The notes under the pieces: generated by a model
The model's database searches: none
What the model was told of the DNA's origin: nothing
Seen by the model: only the letters and a program-made list of their open reading frames with translations
Assembly (NCBI RefSeq): GCF_006345805.1
Contig: NC_043009.1
Span: 14,260,001-14,324,000 of the forward strand
Length of the DNA: 64,000 bases
Direction: 5' to 3'
Source of the DNA: Octopus sinensis
Lineage: Eukaryota
Made by a program: the position numbers and the translations under genes
In this document: one piece after another, positions 48,663 to 63,655 of the stretch
Layout of the letters: each line of letters begins with the position of its first letter
Position numbering within the stretch: the stretch's first letter is position 1

Positions 48663-50098
48663 TGTAAAGAATTTTAATGAATCAACAGTTAAATTCACTC
48701 TTGAAAAAATTTAAACTCAACGTGTAAGGGAAGAAATTAATTACTCAGAAAATGTTGACAAACATAAATAATTGTTTAAGGTTTAGAAAATAAGAACATA
48801 AGATGATAAATGTTTCTTAGGTATGAGGCCATAATTGGAATATAATCCGTGTAAGCTTATAATATTACCAATAATCAATCATCGCCCCAAGTGACATCTT
48901 TTCACTCTGGAGTCATTATCTATCTTTCTATCTATCTACCTATCTATCTATTTATCCATCTTTCTACCCATCGGTCTGTCTAACAACACACGAATAATCA
49001 CGCATGTATTGACTGTATCTGCTCTTGTGATTAAATATCAATGTGATCCCGATGAGACGAATACAGAAATATCTCTGACGGAAAATGTTTTTGTGTCACT
49101 CGTTCGCTAAGACAGTTATATACACGAGTTACAAAAGTAATCGAGACAAACAAACGTGAATACTTAGAGGAATAGTACCAGAAGTTATCCATCAATCATA
49201 AAAGGGACATCAATGCTAGTGAAAGAATGCATTCATTCCCTCTCGGAATCGGCAGTTATATGAAGGAAATAGCGTTAAAATAAATATTTGTAAATGGTTA
49301 GCACCACATCTGTAACGGTACGCTGAATCCATTCCCAAAGCATGACTATACTAACAAAAAAAAAAAGAAAAAAAGAAAAGTTATGCTCTGAGTCAGGTGG
49401 GAGATAAAGGGTTCGATTTTTATGAAGTGTAAAATCAAAAAGAAACCGTCAATGCTGAGAAATATTGTCTTCAGTTAGAAGCATTTCACAAACTTTTGTA
49501 GAGACAGCACCCATCACTTGTCATTCGTATAGAAGTGCTGCACTTATATGGTAAAGCAATATCATATAAGTGTTGCACGGATATGGTAATGCAATACCAT
49601 ATATCAACCAAGTCACAATGAAAAGAATATGCATTAAACATTGAAGTTTGCTTCAGTCGACTTACTATCTTCTTGTTGCCGCATCTCACAATCATCTTTT
49701 CAGATCATTGCAACATTACTTAGAGGAAAAACAGTTTATTAATTGTGAAAAGGTTGTAAAGGATATTGAGTAATTCATTTCTTCGAAACCTGAAGAATTG
49801 AACACCTGAGGGATCAACAGTTTGCCAAATAGATGAGATTATGTGATGAATAATGAGGAGAAACATTTTCTTAAGTAAATATATCAATATACCGAAGACA
49901 CTTTTGTTTCTTTCCTGCATACGTAATACGTACAATATTGTCTCTGTTACGAGACAGCCTTCACAACGCTTAATAATGAATTTGATAGGAATTATAGTTT
50001 ACCAGTCACGTTCTTTGATATCTGTACCATTGTTTGCGTCTATTGATCGTATCATAATATATTTGTATAAGTGTATGTATGTATGTATGTATGTAGGT

Positions 50099-50136
<38 letters not shown>

Positions 50137-50142
50137 ATATAT

Positions 50143-50188
<46 letters not shown>

Positions 50189-50734
50189 TACACATTTGTG
50201 TATACACAACCACTCATACACACATATAGTGTGCTACAAAAAAGACAATGTGATAAATATCAGAAGGCGCAAACAATGATAAAAAATATCAAAGAAGTTG
50301 ATTGATAAACTATAAGTCTGATCTAATTCATGATTAAGTGCTGAGAGGGTAGTCTTTTAAATTTATTATAGCTGGTAAATAAAGGTCTGCTAGAAAAAAT
50401 ATTGTCAACTATAATAAAAATACAACTGTAGATAATAAGAAAATTATTGATGAAACCTAAACGTTTACACTTTAGATACAAGTGCTAAATACAATAATAA
50501 CTAAATGTCTTTTGACAATTTCTTCTTCCTCATCTTGCTTATATCTTGTTGCCACTCCATTAATATGAATAGCTAAATAGAAGCTGATGAATGTATACGA
50601 ACATCAATATATAGGTAAATAGCATATACACATATATATTTATATATATATGCGTACAATGTTCCTAATAGTCAGTGACTTTCGTCCTTCATCATGAAAA
50701 CACACTCATTAATCTATCTATATGTGTGTGTTTT

Positions 50735-51017
50735 TGGTAGACGGAAACTGAAAGAAGCCCGTCGTATATATGTATGTGCGTGTGTGCGCGCACTTGTAGT
50801 TGCGTGTGTCTGTGTGTGTTTGTCCTTCTGCCAACTCTTGACAACTGCTGCTAATGTGTTTACGTTCCCGTAAATTAACAGTTCGGCATATGTAATGGAT
50901 AAAATAAGTACCAGGCTTTTAAAAAATTAGTTCTGGATTCGATACATTCGACTAAAAATTCTTCAAGGCGGTGCCCCAGCATTGCCGCTGTCTGATGATT
51001 GAAACAAGTAAAAGGAT
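50735..51017 (+). mobile_element. SINE family C, 5'-truncated
   Basis: ggtagacggaaactgaaagaagcccgtcgtatat...aaggcggtgccccagc...gaaacaagtaaaag matches 55610-56030. Confidence 0.75.
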
Positions 51018-51406
51018 ATATTATCCTGACGGTTACCATATTTCCTCATAATTCGGTTTCAGATGCCTGCTAGCCACAACGGTCCTTTTCTGATGCCCGA
51101 GTAAACAAGAAGTTACTAGGGTCTGGTAACTATTCTGTCTTGGTATATCCGAGTGTCCTATTCAGGACTGCATAGTTTCCGAAAGAGTAAGTAATAGTAC
51201 TAATAATGATAAGGAGTACGGAGATTTTTCACATCCATGATTTTATTTAGTAGTTATATGTAGCATCCGTTTCTGGACTTAAGCATTGTTTCAACTGCAG
51301 TCGATGCAGTTGAAATGCATGTAGGTGCAGAATAAGATGCTGCAAATAACTATCAAATGAAATTATGGATGTGAAAAATCTCCGTTCTCCTTATCATTAT
51401 TAATAC

Positions 51407-51438
<32 letters not shown>

Positions 51439-51445
<7 letters not shown>

Positions 51446-51590
51446 TGTTACAATTAGTCAATAGTCAAGATAAAACTCTGAGTTTCAGATGCCGAAGTGG
51501 AAAACCACAGAGATGGTGTTGTGGATTTCCACTTCGGCATCTGAAACTCAGAGTTTTATCTTGACTATTGAGTAATTGCAACATATTATT
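51439..51590. repeat. Long inverted repeat (71-bp arms, 10-nt loop)
   Basis: 51439-51509 pairs with 51520-51590, three mismatches. Sits between TA/AAT tracts. Confidence 0.9.
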
Positions 51591-51661
51591 TTATAGATAA
51601 ATTTCCTCTATTTACATAATATTGAGGTCTCTTTCTTTCTTTTGTTATCTTACCGTTTTTA

Positions 51662-51755
<94 letters not shown>

Positions 51756-51770
51756 CATATATATATACAT

Positions 51771-51842
<72 letters not shown>

Positions 51843-51909
51843 ATATATATATATATTATATAATATATATATATATATATATGTATATATAAATATATGC
51901 ATATATATG

Positions 51910-51940
<31 letters not shown>

Positions 51941-53289
51941 TTGGAAGAGAAGGCAGAAATGGGCAGATGTGTAAATAGGTATAGTCGTCTAAACGTGCGC
52001 GTATAATTTGTTTGAGATCCTGCTAATATAAAGTCTCATATACTTTCCTCCTTAACCTTGTTTCTGGCTATCTATTAATCAAAATATTTACCTATTTCCC
52101 TCCCACTCGCTTATTTTCCCACCTTCTTCTTTATCCATCTATTCATCGCTCTGTGTGTGTATGAACACACACACGCGCACACAACTAAACAAAAAACCCA
52201 CACATATATATATATATACATCTGTTTATGTGTCTATCTATATCATTCTTTCTCTGAATCTAAAGGGTCTTGTAGGTATATATTATATGTATAAATAGCC
52301 TAACGCCTTCTTTCAGAGCAAGACACATCACAAATAACTAGTTATCAAGCTCAAGATATCAATTTCCATACAATTCTCTAAACAAGAATTAATGGTTACT
52401 TGAATAAAAACATTTGAGAGCAAAGTTGTTCAAGAAACCACAAAGCATAAATAAATGAATGGTAGGTGGACAGCAAATCCACATTTCACGATAAACTACG
52501 ATGTGCACTCAACAATTATTCTCTTCTTTTGAAACCAAATATATTGACTTCAGTGGACAATTTCTGAGGAGGATACTTCTCAATAGTTTCTTATATATTT
52601 GCTGAGAGGAAACTAAACTAAAATTCTCTCACTCTCTCTCTCTTTATTTCTCTCACGCCACACCCACACACACAGACACACGCACGCACACACACACAAA
52701 CATACTCTCACATATTTCGGTTTTGTATCTGGTTTACCAGATTCTTTATATGAATTTTTTCTTGAAAGAAGTTTTGTTGCGTCTAGGGAGGGTCATAATT
52801 CAAATGTTATTAACACACACACGGGTTCAATTCCACTCCTTTATTATTAGCCAGTTGATCAAATACCCAACTAATCGATTGTTTGTTTAATTTTGTTCAA
52901 CAGTAAGACATTTGTTTTGCTTTTGTTGGTAAAAGCCCGTTCGTGGCTACTCGTAACCTTTTAAGTGACCTTATTATTTTGTCCGTTACTGAGGCCCCAT
53001 TTGTTTGCCTGAGACCGTGTTGGATGCTTGTATGTGCATGCTAATGTGGGCGTGTGCTTGCGTATGTATGTGCGTCTGTACGTGTGTATCTATGCGTTTG
53101 TGTGATTGTCTGTGTATGTATGTATTTTTATGTGTATTCATGTGTCTGTGTGTGTGTGCTTGTGTTCTTGTGTATGTATGTAGGTTTTTCATTGTGTGTG
53201 TACTTCTACTTCCCTGTGTGTGCGTGCTTGAGTTTGTCTAAGCGTATGAATTTGTGTGTCATGCACGTGCGCCTGTTGTGCATGCACTG

Positions 53290-53566
53290 TGCCTATATGT
53301 ACTTGTGTGTGTATGCGAAAGTGTATACATTGAGGAGACCTCTAGAAGTATAGAGAAGAAGCTAAATGTTCACTGGAAAGAGTATAATGACAAGAAACAG
53401 TTGTCCATGCTCTATCAACATGCCAATGACCAACATGGGGAGCACACTGGGCCGAATTGACATCTGCATTTTGTCCAAATACCCAAAGGACCCATCACTG
53501 AGACAAACATATGAGTGCGCCCTCATAAATAAAACATTATCCATGCTAAATAGGAAATACACGTAG
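53290..53566 (+). mobile_element. Penelope-like element GIY-YIG endonuclease fragment
   Basis: CVCESVYIEETSRSIEKKLNVHWKEY...LYQHANDQH, frameshifting into IDICILSKYPKDPSLRQTYECALINKTLSMLNRK*. This fits the YIGET.R...R..EH...E...I...LN pattern. Confidence 0.7.
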
Positions 53567-54129
53567 AAGATAAGAATATACCAATGCAACAAATACCGCC
53601 CGTACAGTGTATATATATAGGTACATTCGTAAGTAGGCATTCAAGTAGATGAATTGGTAGGTAAATAGGTAATTAGATAGGCTTTAGGCGGTTAGGTTAG
53701 TTATATAGATTGTTAGTTACTTAGTTAGTTATGTAAGTTGATAGGTTGGAAGATAGACAAGCAAATAAGTAGATAAGTAGATAAGTAGGTGGATAGACAG
53801 ATGCATGGATACACACATGAGCACACAGAAGAATACATACATTCATACGCAAGCATATGCCCACACTGGCATACACACACTCACGCAACAAGGTCTCAGG
53901 CAGACAGTCGCTGCCTCAGTAATGGATTAAGAAGAAAGTCATGAAAGGGCTTTGGCAAACGTAAACAATGACTTACAGTTGAGCAAAATTCAACTAACAT
54001 TCGATTAGATAGTTGCATCTTTAAACAACCAATGAAGGAGAGGAATTGAACTGGTTCAGAATAATACTGGCATAATGCTTCTCCCTAAACACACCATATA
54101 TATATAATTGTTATTCTACCAAATATATA

Positions 54130-54372
54130 CGTTAATACCTATTTCTTTATTCACCACAAGGTGCTAAACACAGAATAGACAAACAAGGACAGACAAGCGG
54201 ATTAAGTCGATTATATCGACCCCAGTGCGTAACCGGTACTTAATTTATCGACCCCCGAAAGGATGAAAGGCAAAGTCGACCTCAGCGGAATTTGAACTCA
54301 GAACGTAACTGCAGACGAAATACGGCTACGCATTTGGTCCGACGTGCTAACGTTTCTGCCAGCTCGCCGCCT
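54130..54372 (-). mobile_element. tRNA-derived SINE family A, full length
   Basis: Complete head, core and tail on the minus strand. Confidence 0.9.
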
Positions 54373-55559
54373 TATATACGTTAATACCAGTTCGAAGATA
54401 ACGCGACTCACGTTTCCAAGATTTGGCAGCACCATGTATGTATGAGTGGTCAAGTGTTTGCAGAGATATGAGTTTCTCTTAAACCATTTGTCTTGGAGAT
54501 TCAACGTATAGTGAGAAGCAATACTGAAGGCTATGAAGTTGTTTGAAAATGTGTTCGCATTTCCATTACCTGCTGCATCCGGAATTGGGGTTTAAAAATA
54601 CAAATTTACAATTATAAAAAAATACTCGTTTATTACTGTTCTTATTCTAATTCATGTCTATTGTTCGGAAATCTTTCGTCACACCTTTGTGACCTCCTCA
54701 GCGATACTTATCGTTTTCATGTGTGCTCTTGCTCTGCTTATTCCATCCTATTCATCAATGATGTGTATCCTTATATGCATCATAAATATTTATCTAATTT
54801 TCTGCATTTTCCTAAAAATATATATTCTGCATTTAGTAATTAATCCTACTGCTTGTTTAGCAATTTCCCTGGCAATATTCAAACTTAGTACCACCAATTA
54901 ATGAAACCCTAAAAGTCACCAGTAACAAAATGCTTTCGTTACCACACACAACAGTAGCTCCATCTTTCTTACCTCTTCATAATTTCGTGGACTTAACTAT
55001 CAACACTTAAGCATGTTTCTTATGGAAACAACAATGTTCCATTGCTACGAATGGAACTTCTGACATTAAAGCTAATAAGCTGACACTGTTTTCTATACGA
55101 AATGTAACGTAAAAGATTATCTTTAATCTAGACCAGGGCTGGACCCCGCTTGATACTTTCTTGAAATGGGGTTATTTAAACAAACATTTAAATAATTTTA
55201 TCAAAAATTAAAGATTGCAATGAAAAGTAAAAAAGAAAGATGCTACAGTTTTTGCAACGATAATATTTCATGTTGATTCAATGATCATTCGTTCATTATT
55301 GTAATAATAGCATGAGAAAGCAAAATGCTTTCAATTCTGTCAGTCTACAAGCGGCCCTCAAGAAAACTTTCTGTGATTAAAGTGGCTCGCACTTTAATTG
55401 AAGTTGGCCTGGCCTAGACTCAGCATGCAACGTCTACTATAAGTATCTCAACAGATACATCTTTCACTGATTAATCAAATTAGTTGCAACTCTGAAACTA
55501 CCTTACTTCCTTTATATCTATGTATCTCAACTCATCGCTCTGTCTGTCTGTCTCTCTCT

Positions 55560-55606
<47 letters not shown>

Positions 55607-55609
55607 CTC

Positions 55610-55825
55610 TTTTACTCTTTTACTTGTTTCAGTCATTTGACTGTGGCCATGCTGGAGCACCGCCTTTAGTCGAGCAAATTGACCCCAGGACTTATTCTTT
55701 GTAAGCCTAGTACTTATTCTGTCGGTCTCTTTTGCCGAACCGCTAAGTTACGGCGACGTAAACACACCAGCATCGGTTGTCAAGCGATGTTGGGGGGGAC
55801 AAACACAGACACACAAATATACACA

Positions 55826-55863
<38 letters not shown>

Positions 55864-56030
55864 TACGGCGGGTTTCTTTCAGTTTCCGTCTACCAAATCC
55901 ACTCACAAGGCTTTGGTCGACCTGAGGCTATAGTAGAAGACACCTGCCTAAGGTGCCACACAGTGGGACTGAACCAGGAAACATGTGGTTGGTAAACAAG
56001 CTAATTACCACACAGCCACTCCCACGCCAT
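55610..56030 (-). mobile_element. tRNA-derived SINE family C, full length
   Basis: Minus strand starts ggcgtgggagtggctgtgtggtaa (A box) ... ggttcagtccc (B box), with an internal (TA)n. Confidence 0.85.
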
Positions 56031-56464
56031 ATGTATGTAGATATTTTGGGGAATTATTATAATTTAGGCTAGCATCTCGTCAACACAACGAACGTAGGTA
56101 CCTGGTTAACGTAGTATTCCGTTCACAGAGGACACATCGATTAAACTCAAATTCATTATAGAGTGAAGCACTTCACAAATCCAAGCATTATTTCAGTAGG
56201 CATAATATATAAGCACATAATGATATGAGCCTGTGAATGAACAATAATGGTTTTATCTTATTTCATTTTATTGAATATTCTGCTTCTTTTGCATAACTTC
56301 ACATGTGATGTAGAATAAAGACCTTGCCTCCTGTTTGCTCTCTCTTCCTATTTCTTTCCTTCTTTACCTTTTCCCCCTTGTATTTCTTTAAGGAAATCTT
56401 TTGAAATATTCGGAAACATAAAACAATAGAAGACATAAGGAGTCAAATGTTTTTTAACACTTAC

Positions 56465-56590
56465 TTTTGTTGATATCTTCATAATTGGTGCTTCTTTGAG
56501 ACTGATAAATGTCTGTTATTTTGAAATAAGTTGAGGCATTCCTGTCGTTCATCACATCGTTAAACAACGAGGATAATGGTTGATACACAC
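56465..56590 (-). CDS. iGluR-like gene, first ATD exon (phase 1-1)
   Basis: Acceptor aaattttcag and donor GTAAGT. 126 nt open: (G)VYQPLSSLFNDVMNDRNASTYFKITDIYQSQRSTNYEDINK. Joins exon 37305 in frame (INK-T-IIYMEL). Starts at a split Gly like iGluR exon 2. Homology by eye is weak. Confidence 0.65.
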
Positions 56591-57204
56591 CTGAAAATTT
56601 ACAGTATATATTGAGTCAAAGCAAACATATCGCAATAGTAAAAACGTCAATTAGTATAAGGATGTTATTAGCTACAACATATTAAAGACTGTAGTGACGA
56701 CTGCAAAATGTAATTCAGATTAAGGCAAGTCAAATTTCTGGTAGAATTTTCAAATCTCCTGAAAGCTGTTTCAGTTTAAATACGTTGGTAATACATGCAA
56801 TTCGCAGTTTTCTGCTCAAATAAATACATTATACCATGTGATAAGAAATCTATGTTCTATAAATTGAAATTTCCATTTCATACTCCAAATAACTATTTGA
56901 TAGAATTTTCTGCAATCTTTTATAACTGATGCAAATTTTATAATTCGTAGAAATAAATCGAATGAAATATCTATTTCATATATTTAATGTATTTGATAAA
57001 TAAATACTTGATAAATATATTTTTCATTAAAATTTATTTGATATCTCTATAGATGATATATATAAGATTTTTAAAGATCTATTTTGAAAAAAAAAATCTA
57101 TTTGATGAGTACGTGTTTAATAAATGTCATCTTGAAACCGTATCAATGATTTAATAGCTGTTCCAAATTACTGTTAAAGAAAAACAATATTTAATATTTC
57201 ACCT

Positions 57205-57395
57205 TGTTAGAATGCCAGGCAAATGTTCAGTGGTACTTCGTTCGTCCTTACGTTCTGAATCCTAATTCTGCCAAGATCGACTTTGCTTTCATCCTTTCGG
57301 TGTCGATAAAACAAGTACTATTTGAGTATTAGGGTCGATGTAATCGACTTACTAACTGCATCAAAATTGCTGACCTTGCACCAAAAACTGGAAGC
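57205..57395 (+). mobile_element. tRNA-derived SINE family A, degraded
   Basis: Core tcgactttgctttcatcctttcggtgtcgataaa and gggtcgatgtaatcgac. Confidence 0.7.
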
Positions 57396-57780
57396 AATAT
57401 TTCACCTTGTTAAGGCAGCGATCTGGCAGAATCGTTAGGGAGCTAGTCATGTATCATACTTCATATAAATACATCGTTGAAAGGTTATTTACTGCAGCAT
57501 TTGTTGAGAGGTAGCATCTCTTATCGACGTTCCGTGTTTGAACCAGTCTGACATGTAAAAGTGTAGCTCTCATGGCAAACTATCCTAACACAGCGATTTG
57601 ACCGCTATGCATCTCACCCCCGCTTCCTGTATTTCCTGTTATCAGCACACACATACGCACACATAATTGTATGTAAGCTTGCATGTGTGTATGCATATAT
57701 GTATGTGTGTGTATGTACACCTGTGTAGAAAACTATAACTGAATGTTAACACAACTATATCTCCGCTATATTTCTTTTCT

Positions 57781-57980
57781 TAAGGCGGTGAGCTAGCAGA
57801 AACGGCAGCAGGCCAGGCGATATGCTTAGCGGTATTTCTGAGTTCAAATTGCGCCGAGGTCGACTTTGCCTTTCATCCTTTCGAGTTCGATAAATTAAGT
57901 ATCAGTTGTGTACTGGGGTGGATATAATCGACTGGCCCCATCCCCTACAATTTCGGCTTCGTGCCTAGAGTAGAAAAGAA
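57781..57980 (+). mobile_element. tRNA-derived SINE family A
   Basis: ggcggtgagctagcagaaacg, gagttcaaattgc and core present. Confidence 0.8.
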
Positions 57981-58949
57981 TATTTCTGTTCTTACACACA
58001 CATGTGCGCACACACACTCAGGCATACATATATGTAAGTAAGTGTATACACACACACACACACACACCTACACACACATGCACACCTACATACACATATA
58101 TATGTGGGGAAAATTATATTGTACGCGGCATATGCATTGCTTGCGCAAAAGTATTTCTAATTTACCTTTAATACATATTTGGGAGACTTACTGACTTAAA
58201 TCTAAATGCAGATCTCGCAACTGAAGATTCTCGATTCCAGTCTAGTCGGGTCTCATCAGTCAATAGAATTTTGCAGTTTATCTTAGTCAAATTGTTCCTA
58301 TACTTGTTAACGTCCAGAATAAATACTCCGTAGATGTAGCTTTGCAATTAACGGATGTGGAAAATTATATATTTGATACTTTAAGCACCAGACGTGATAG
58401 AAGAGAGAATGAGACCCACTGACTTTTGTCATAAATTGCTACTTTCAATGTCTGAGGTTACTTAACGTCGAAAATTTTAGCATTTAATTCATGAATAATT
58501 ATATACTACGACAGAAAGATGATTTCACTGATTAAGAGTAGTTCAATATGCTGAAAACCAGCTGTCTCCACTATCCGGTCGTCAGAGACGAAATTCACTC
58601 TAGAACTTGTCTCACTGAATTTATTTCTGTGGCAGAATTAATCAAATCATAAGCATATCTAGATTGAAGGATGCTAAAATAAAACTTTGCATCTCTCAGT
58701 CGGTAAATGATTCTCAGGTTTATCACATACCTACATTTGCTTACATGTACACTTTTAGGAAAGTTTATACATACTCGGACGCGATCATGCTAAGTTTCAA
58801 TTAATATATATTATTTATATAAACACACATGCCTACACATGCACACACACACACAGCTTGTTAGTTATGGCATTCTATTTAGCTACTTCTCTCCTTCTCT
58901 CCTTCTCTCTCTCTCTCTCTCTCGCTCTATCTGTCAATCTATCTATCTA

Positions 58950-59407
58950 TGGAGGGCTGGGCATGCCGTGGTTAATGATGCGTAGACATGCACTGAGACA
59001 GCGACATCTCCGGTGTTTCATAGACGACGGTGAACAGGTGTGGTTGCCGTTTGCGAGGCGCGCTTTCCCGCAGCTCGTCTTTGGCCGAACTGGCAGCCGT
59101 GGTAGAGACCGAGGCTTGGCGCCTTGCCCTCAAGCAACTCCGGGACCAAACTTGTGCGACTTCAATTTCACAAACGCGTTCTATAGAGGAGTAGTGGATG
59201 GTAGGTGCGACGACGTTCTCGAGCAGAATCTGGTCGTCGACGAGGAACACCTGGCCCGCTTGTTCAGGACAACTTTCGGGCCGGGACCTATCGACAATCA
59301 CCAGAGATTCCTGGCTATCGAGAAGTATTGCTCGTTCGGGATAACTTCTACAGGCACGGTTCGAGACACACCGGACCGACTTGCCCGAGCTGCGGTCAGA
59401 GCGACCT
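58950..59407 (+). mobile_element. L1/Tx1-like ORF2 C-terminal fragment
   Basis: GC-rich island between simple repeats. GLGMPWLMMRRHALR..., AFYRG..DGRCDDVL...LFRTTFGPGP.DN.QR, frameshifting into VRDNFYRHG...GPTCPSCGQSD (start of the RT-associated zinc finger). Confidence 0.7.
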
Positions 59408-59835
<428 letters not shown>

Positions 59836-60544
59836 CTATCTATCAATACACACACTTCTATACGCGTATATAAATTATATATTGTTGATGTTAATCGCTA
59901 ATCAAACTTTATAGTTGGTGCCTCTGTTTACTGTTCCTTCATGTGAAACATTGTTTTATCTCGTAGTGTTTAAGAATGAAATGTTCCATGACCAACGGTT
60001 GATATATCAGCCACTAAATGTAAACAAGGCTATTATACTCTATTTAGAATTCAGGAAGCAGCTGATTCCTAAAAGATGGCTCGTTATATAGTTCCCATCT
60101 GCTGCGTAGAAATTCAAAACGCTTCGCTATTGTTAGATTATAGCAAAGCAATCGGCACCGTTATTTAAAGGGTGACAATACTCTATATCCTTCACTCTCT
60201 CTCTTTCTCTCTTTCTCTCTCTCGCTCGCTCCTCATAGACACAACTATGTATATACATATTTATATACATGCATAATATACATACAGACATACATATTTA
60301 TAAACGTCTGTGTGTGCATATTTATCCATCTTTAACTCTTTATTTCTCTCCTCCCCCTCTCTCTTTATATTTGTGCGTGTGTGTGTGTGTGTTTGATTGT
60401 GTGCATACATATACACAGAAACACACAGACCCATATATATTAAGTAATATGTATCGCTCTATGAAATCCAGGTAATTAACTCACAAGCAATCTGGCGTGT
60501 ATTACATACAGACATTCTTATATACATACATACATACATACATG

Positions 60545-60588
<44 letters not shown>

Positions 60589-60749
60589 TATATATATATA
60601 TATATATTGTATATGTATGTATGCATACATATGTATATATGCATATGTGTGTGTATGCGCACAAGTACACGAAGTCTTTGTATGGCTAAACCTATTTATG
60701 CGATGATGTATAAAAGAAATATTTCCCACGAATATATAACCATACGCTT

Positions 60750-60800
<51 letters not shown>

Positions 60801-61794
60801 GATAGATAGATACACATACATATACATGTGCGTGAGTGTGTGTGTGTGTGAGTGTATGTCTGTATATAGGTAAATATGTATACGTGCATTTCGTTGGCCA
60901 ATAAATTTTCTTGCTTCATCTACTTTTACACAACTTCTGTCACATTTATGTGCAATTATGCTTTTACTGCACATTTCATAACGTAGCATGAAATATTGTA
61001 GAAATTCAAATAGAAATATATAGATCGAACGATCACCAAAGCGGAATGAGAATATATGCGATCTGTCTGCAGAAAAATAAACAACAAAGTAAACAGCGAT
61101 AATATAATAGATTGTCGATGTATTAGTGACGGTTACCCAAAACTGGTACATATTTAGAGATCTGCTCTTCCAGTAAATCTGCTCTTCCAGTAAATGAAAT
61201 CTTAGATTATTTAGAAATAAAGAAAAATATGTAAATATTCCTTTTGTCAACTATGTCAACGCTTCTTCAAGAAAGAATTGATACAAGTGGCTGCTAGAAA
61301 CTTTTCATCTCGATAAATAATTTATATCATCAACAGGATGAGATGGAAGTCATAGTTATTTTGTAAAAGAAATGCAGATGCAATCAAGGAAAGATGAAGA
61401 AAATTCACTCCCCACACACTGCTACACTGGAGCGATTCCACAAAAATATAAAATCCGCAAAAGAGGAAAAAATAAGAATGTATACGAGGAAAATTATCCA
61501 TCACTTTCCATGTCATGTTACAGAAAGATTTCGCAAAATTGAGAAACACATTAACTCCCAACACGCAAAAAAAATAGAGGAAGAAAATTGCAAAAATGAA
61601 TATTCTTTTCTTTATGAGTGCCAACCTAAAGTCTGTGGCCATGTTGGTGCACCGCCATTTAGCATCACATATACAACTTAAGTCTTTAAATGAGTAACAC
61701 CAATACCTACTAGTAAAACGTATTTGGTAATTACTTGCCATGAATTTAGAACTGAAAGAAATACATATTGTTGTTTAAGTAGATAATAGGCTAT

Positions 61795-62020
61795 TAGCTG
61801 GGAGACACGTTAGCGCACCGGGCGAAATGCTTAGCGAAATTTCGTCTGTCGTTACGTTCTGAGTTTAAATTCCGCCGATGTCGACTTTGCCTTTCACCTT
61901 TTCGGGGTCGATTAAATAAGTACCAGTTACGCACTGGGGTGGATGTAATCAACTTAATCCCTTTGTCTGTCCTTGTTTGTCCCCTCAATGTTTAGCCCCT
62001 TGAGGGCAGTAAAGAAATAT
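61795..62020 (+). mobile_element. tRNA-derived SINE family A, full length
   Basis: Head, B box, core and tail ending in aaagaaata. Confidence 0.85.
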
Positions 62021-62929
62021 ATTATAATTTGTAACTGAATCCCCTTTTAAGTTCCTTGTTCAATCAAACCTTTCTCGGATTTAATAAGTTTTAGTAATAA
62101 GCATTCCATAATAGGACACAAAGTACTATAAGACTATATCGAGTTACCCTTGAATACAACAGTGAAAACAAAAGTGCTACTTCGTCTTTACAGAAAATTC
62201 TGAAGAGTCTCGCAACACCCCCCCCCCCCACACACACACATGTATGCATATATTCCAAAGCACAGACAGTCACCCGACCATCTTGTTCTCCAGAATATCT
62301 GAAGGTTAATCTACAATATTTCTTAATATATTATCGATAACTTTCTTTAGAGAACATACATCTCTCTCTAAATATTTTATTTATGTATTTTTTCCAGATG
62401 TCGTGATCTCTTTCTGATGGTTTAGAATATTTTATTATAGTCATTTGCAATTTTGCGTAAATGATCGACCATATTTTTTGGTTGAACATATTTTATTTTC
62501 CAGACAATGGATTTGTCATACACTGAAAAATGGATACAAAAATATTCATTTATAAAAAATGCTTCACTAAAACTAGCCACTGTTCTTGCTTGCGTATTGT
62601 TTATATTTATTATATTAAAGAAATGAAAACATCACCAGGCTTTGCGCAGGAATGGATGAATATATCTTATGTTTTTCACTTAGAAATAAAATTCATAATT
62701 GCAAGGCACATTTTCTAACAGTTTATTTGACGACAATTTTCATCTCCTTTGCTAATCATGTGCTTGCAATTATATTTACGTCGGCATAATCACGCTAATT
62801 TTTTAAATTTCAGACGATTGAATAAACGGCAACTGAGACTTACAATAAAACAATTGCAAGCTTAAAACAATTTCTAAGTTAGGCAAAATGACAGAAAAAA
62901 AAAAGGGAGGAGCTTTGTTGATATCATCG

Positions 62930-63464
62930 CCTTCAGTACTGGTTTGTTAAGTTGTTTTATCGATCCCGAAAGGATGTAAAGCAAATTGGCCTCGGTAGGA
63001 ATTGAAATAAGTAAAGTTCCTGAATAATTTACCACATAGTATTTTTTCGCCGCTGTTGTTATTCTGCTAACTAGCCACGCTATTAATTTCTACTTTAAGT
63101 ACATCACTCATTTTATGGACCCCACAAGGATGAAAGAAAAAGTTGACGTTGGAGGAATTTGAACTCAGAACATAAGGGCAGATGAAATACAGATAAGCAT
63201 TTTTCCCGGTGTGTTAACGATTCTGTGTTAAAGCTCACCGCTTTAATAATAATCTTTTGTACGATAGGCACAAGACCTGAAACTTTGGGCAGAGGGATAG
63301 TCGATGTAATCGACCCCAGTACTCAGCGGGTACTTATTTTATCGACCCCGAAAGGATGAAATTTAAATTCGACCCGGTGGCATTTGAACTCAAAATGTGA
63401 AGACAGACGAAACGCCGCCAAGCATCACGCCAAACGTGCTGGCGATTCTGAGAGTTCGCCGTCT

Positions 63465-63465
<1 letters not shown>
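62930..63465 (-). mobile_element. Cluster of three SINE family A copies in tandem
   Basis: cgaaaggatg...gaattgaa/gaatttgaactc occurs at about 62965, 63125 and 63350. Confidence 0.7.

Positions 63466-63655
<190 letters not shown>

Noticed and set aside
54398-54580. Open minus-strand frame ending at a GTGAGT donor
   Set aside because: Phase 0 end does not fit, the acceptor is weak, and there is no iGluR similarity.
60880-61680. Possible Mutator-like transposase remnant (CTFH..., ERFHK)
   Set aside because: Motifs are too degraded to call without an HMM search.
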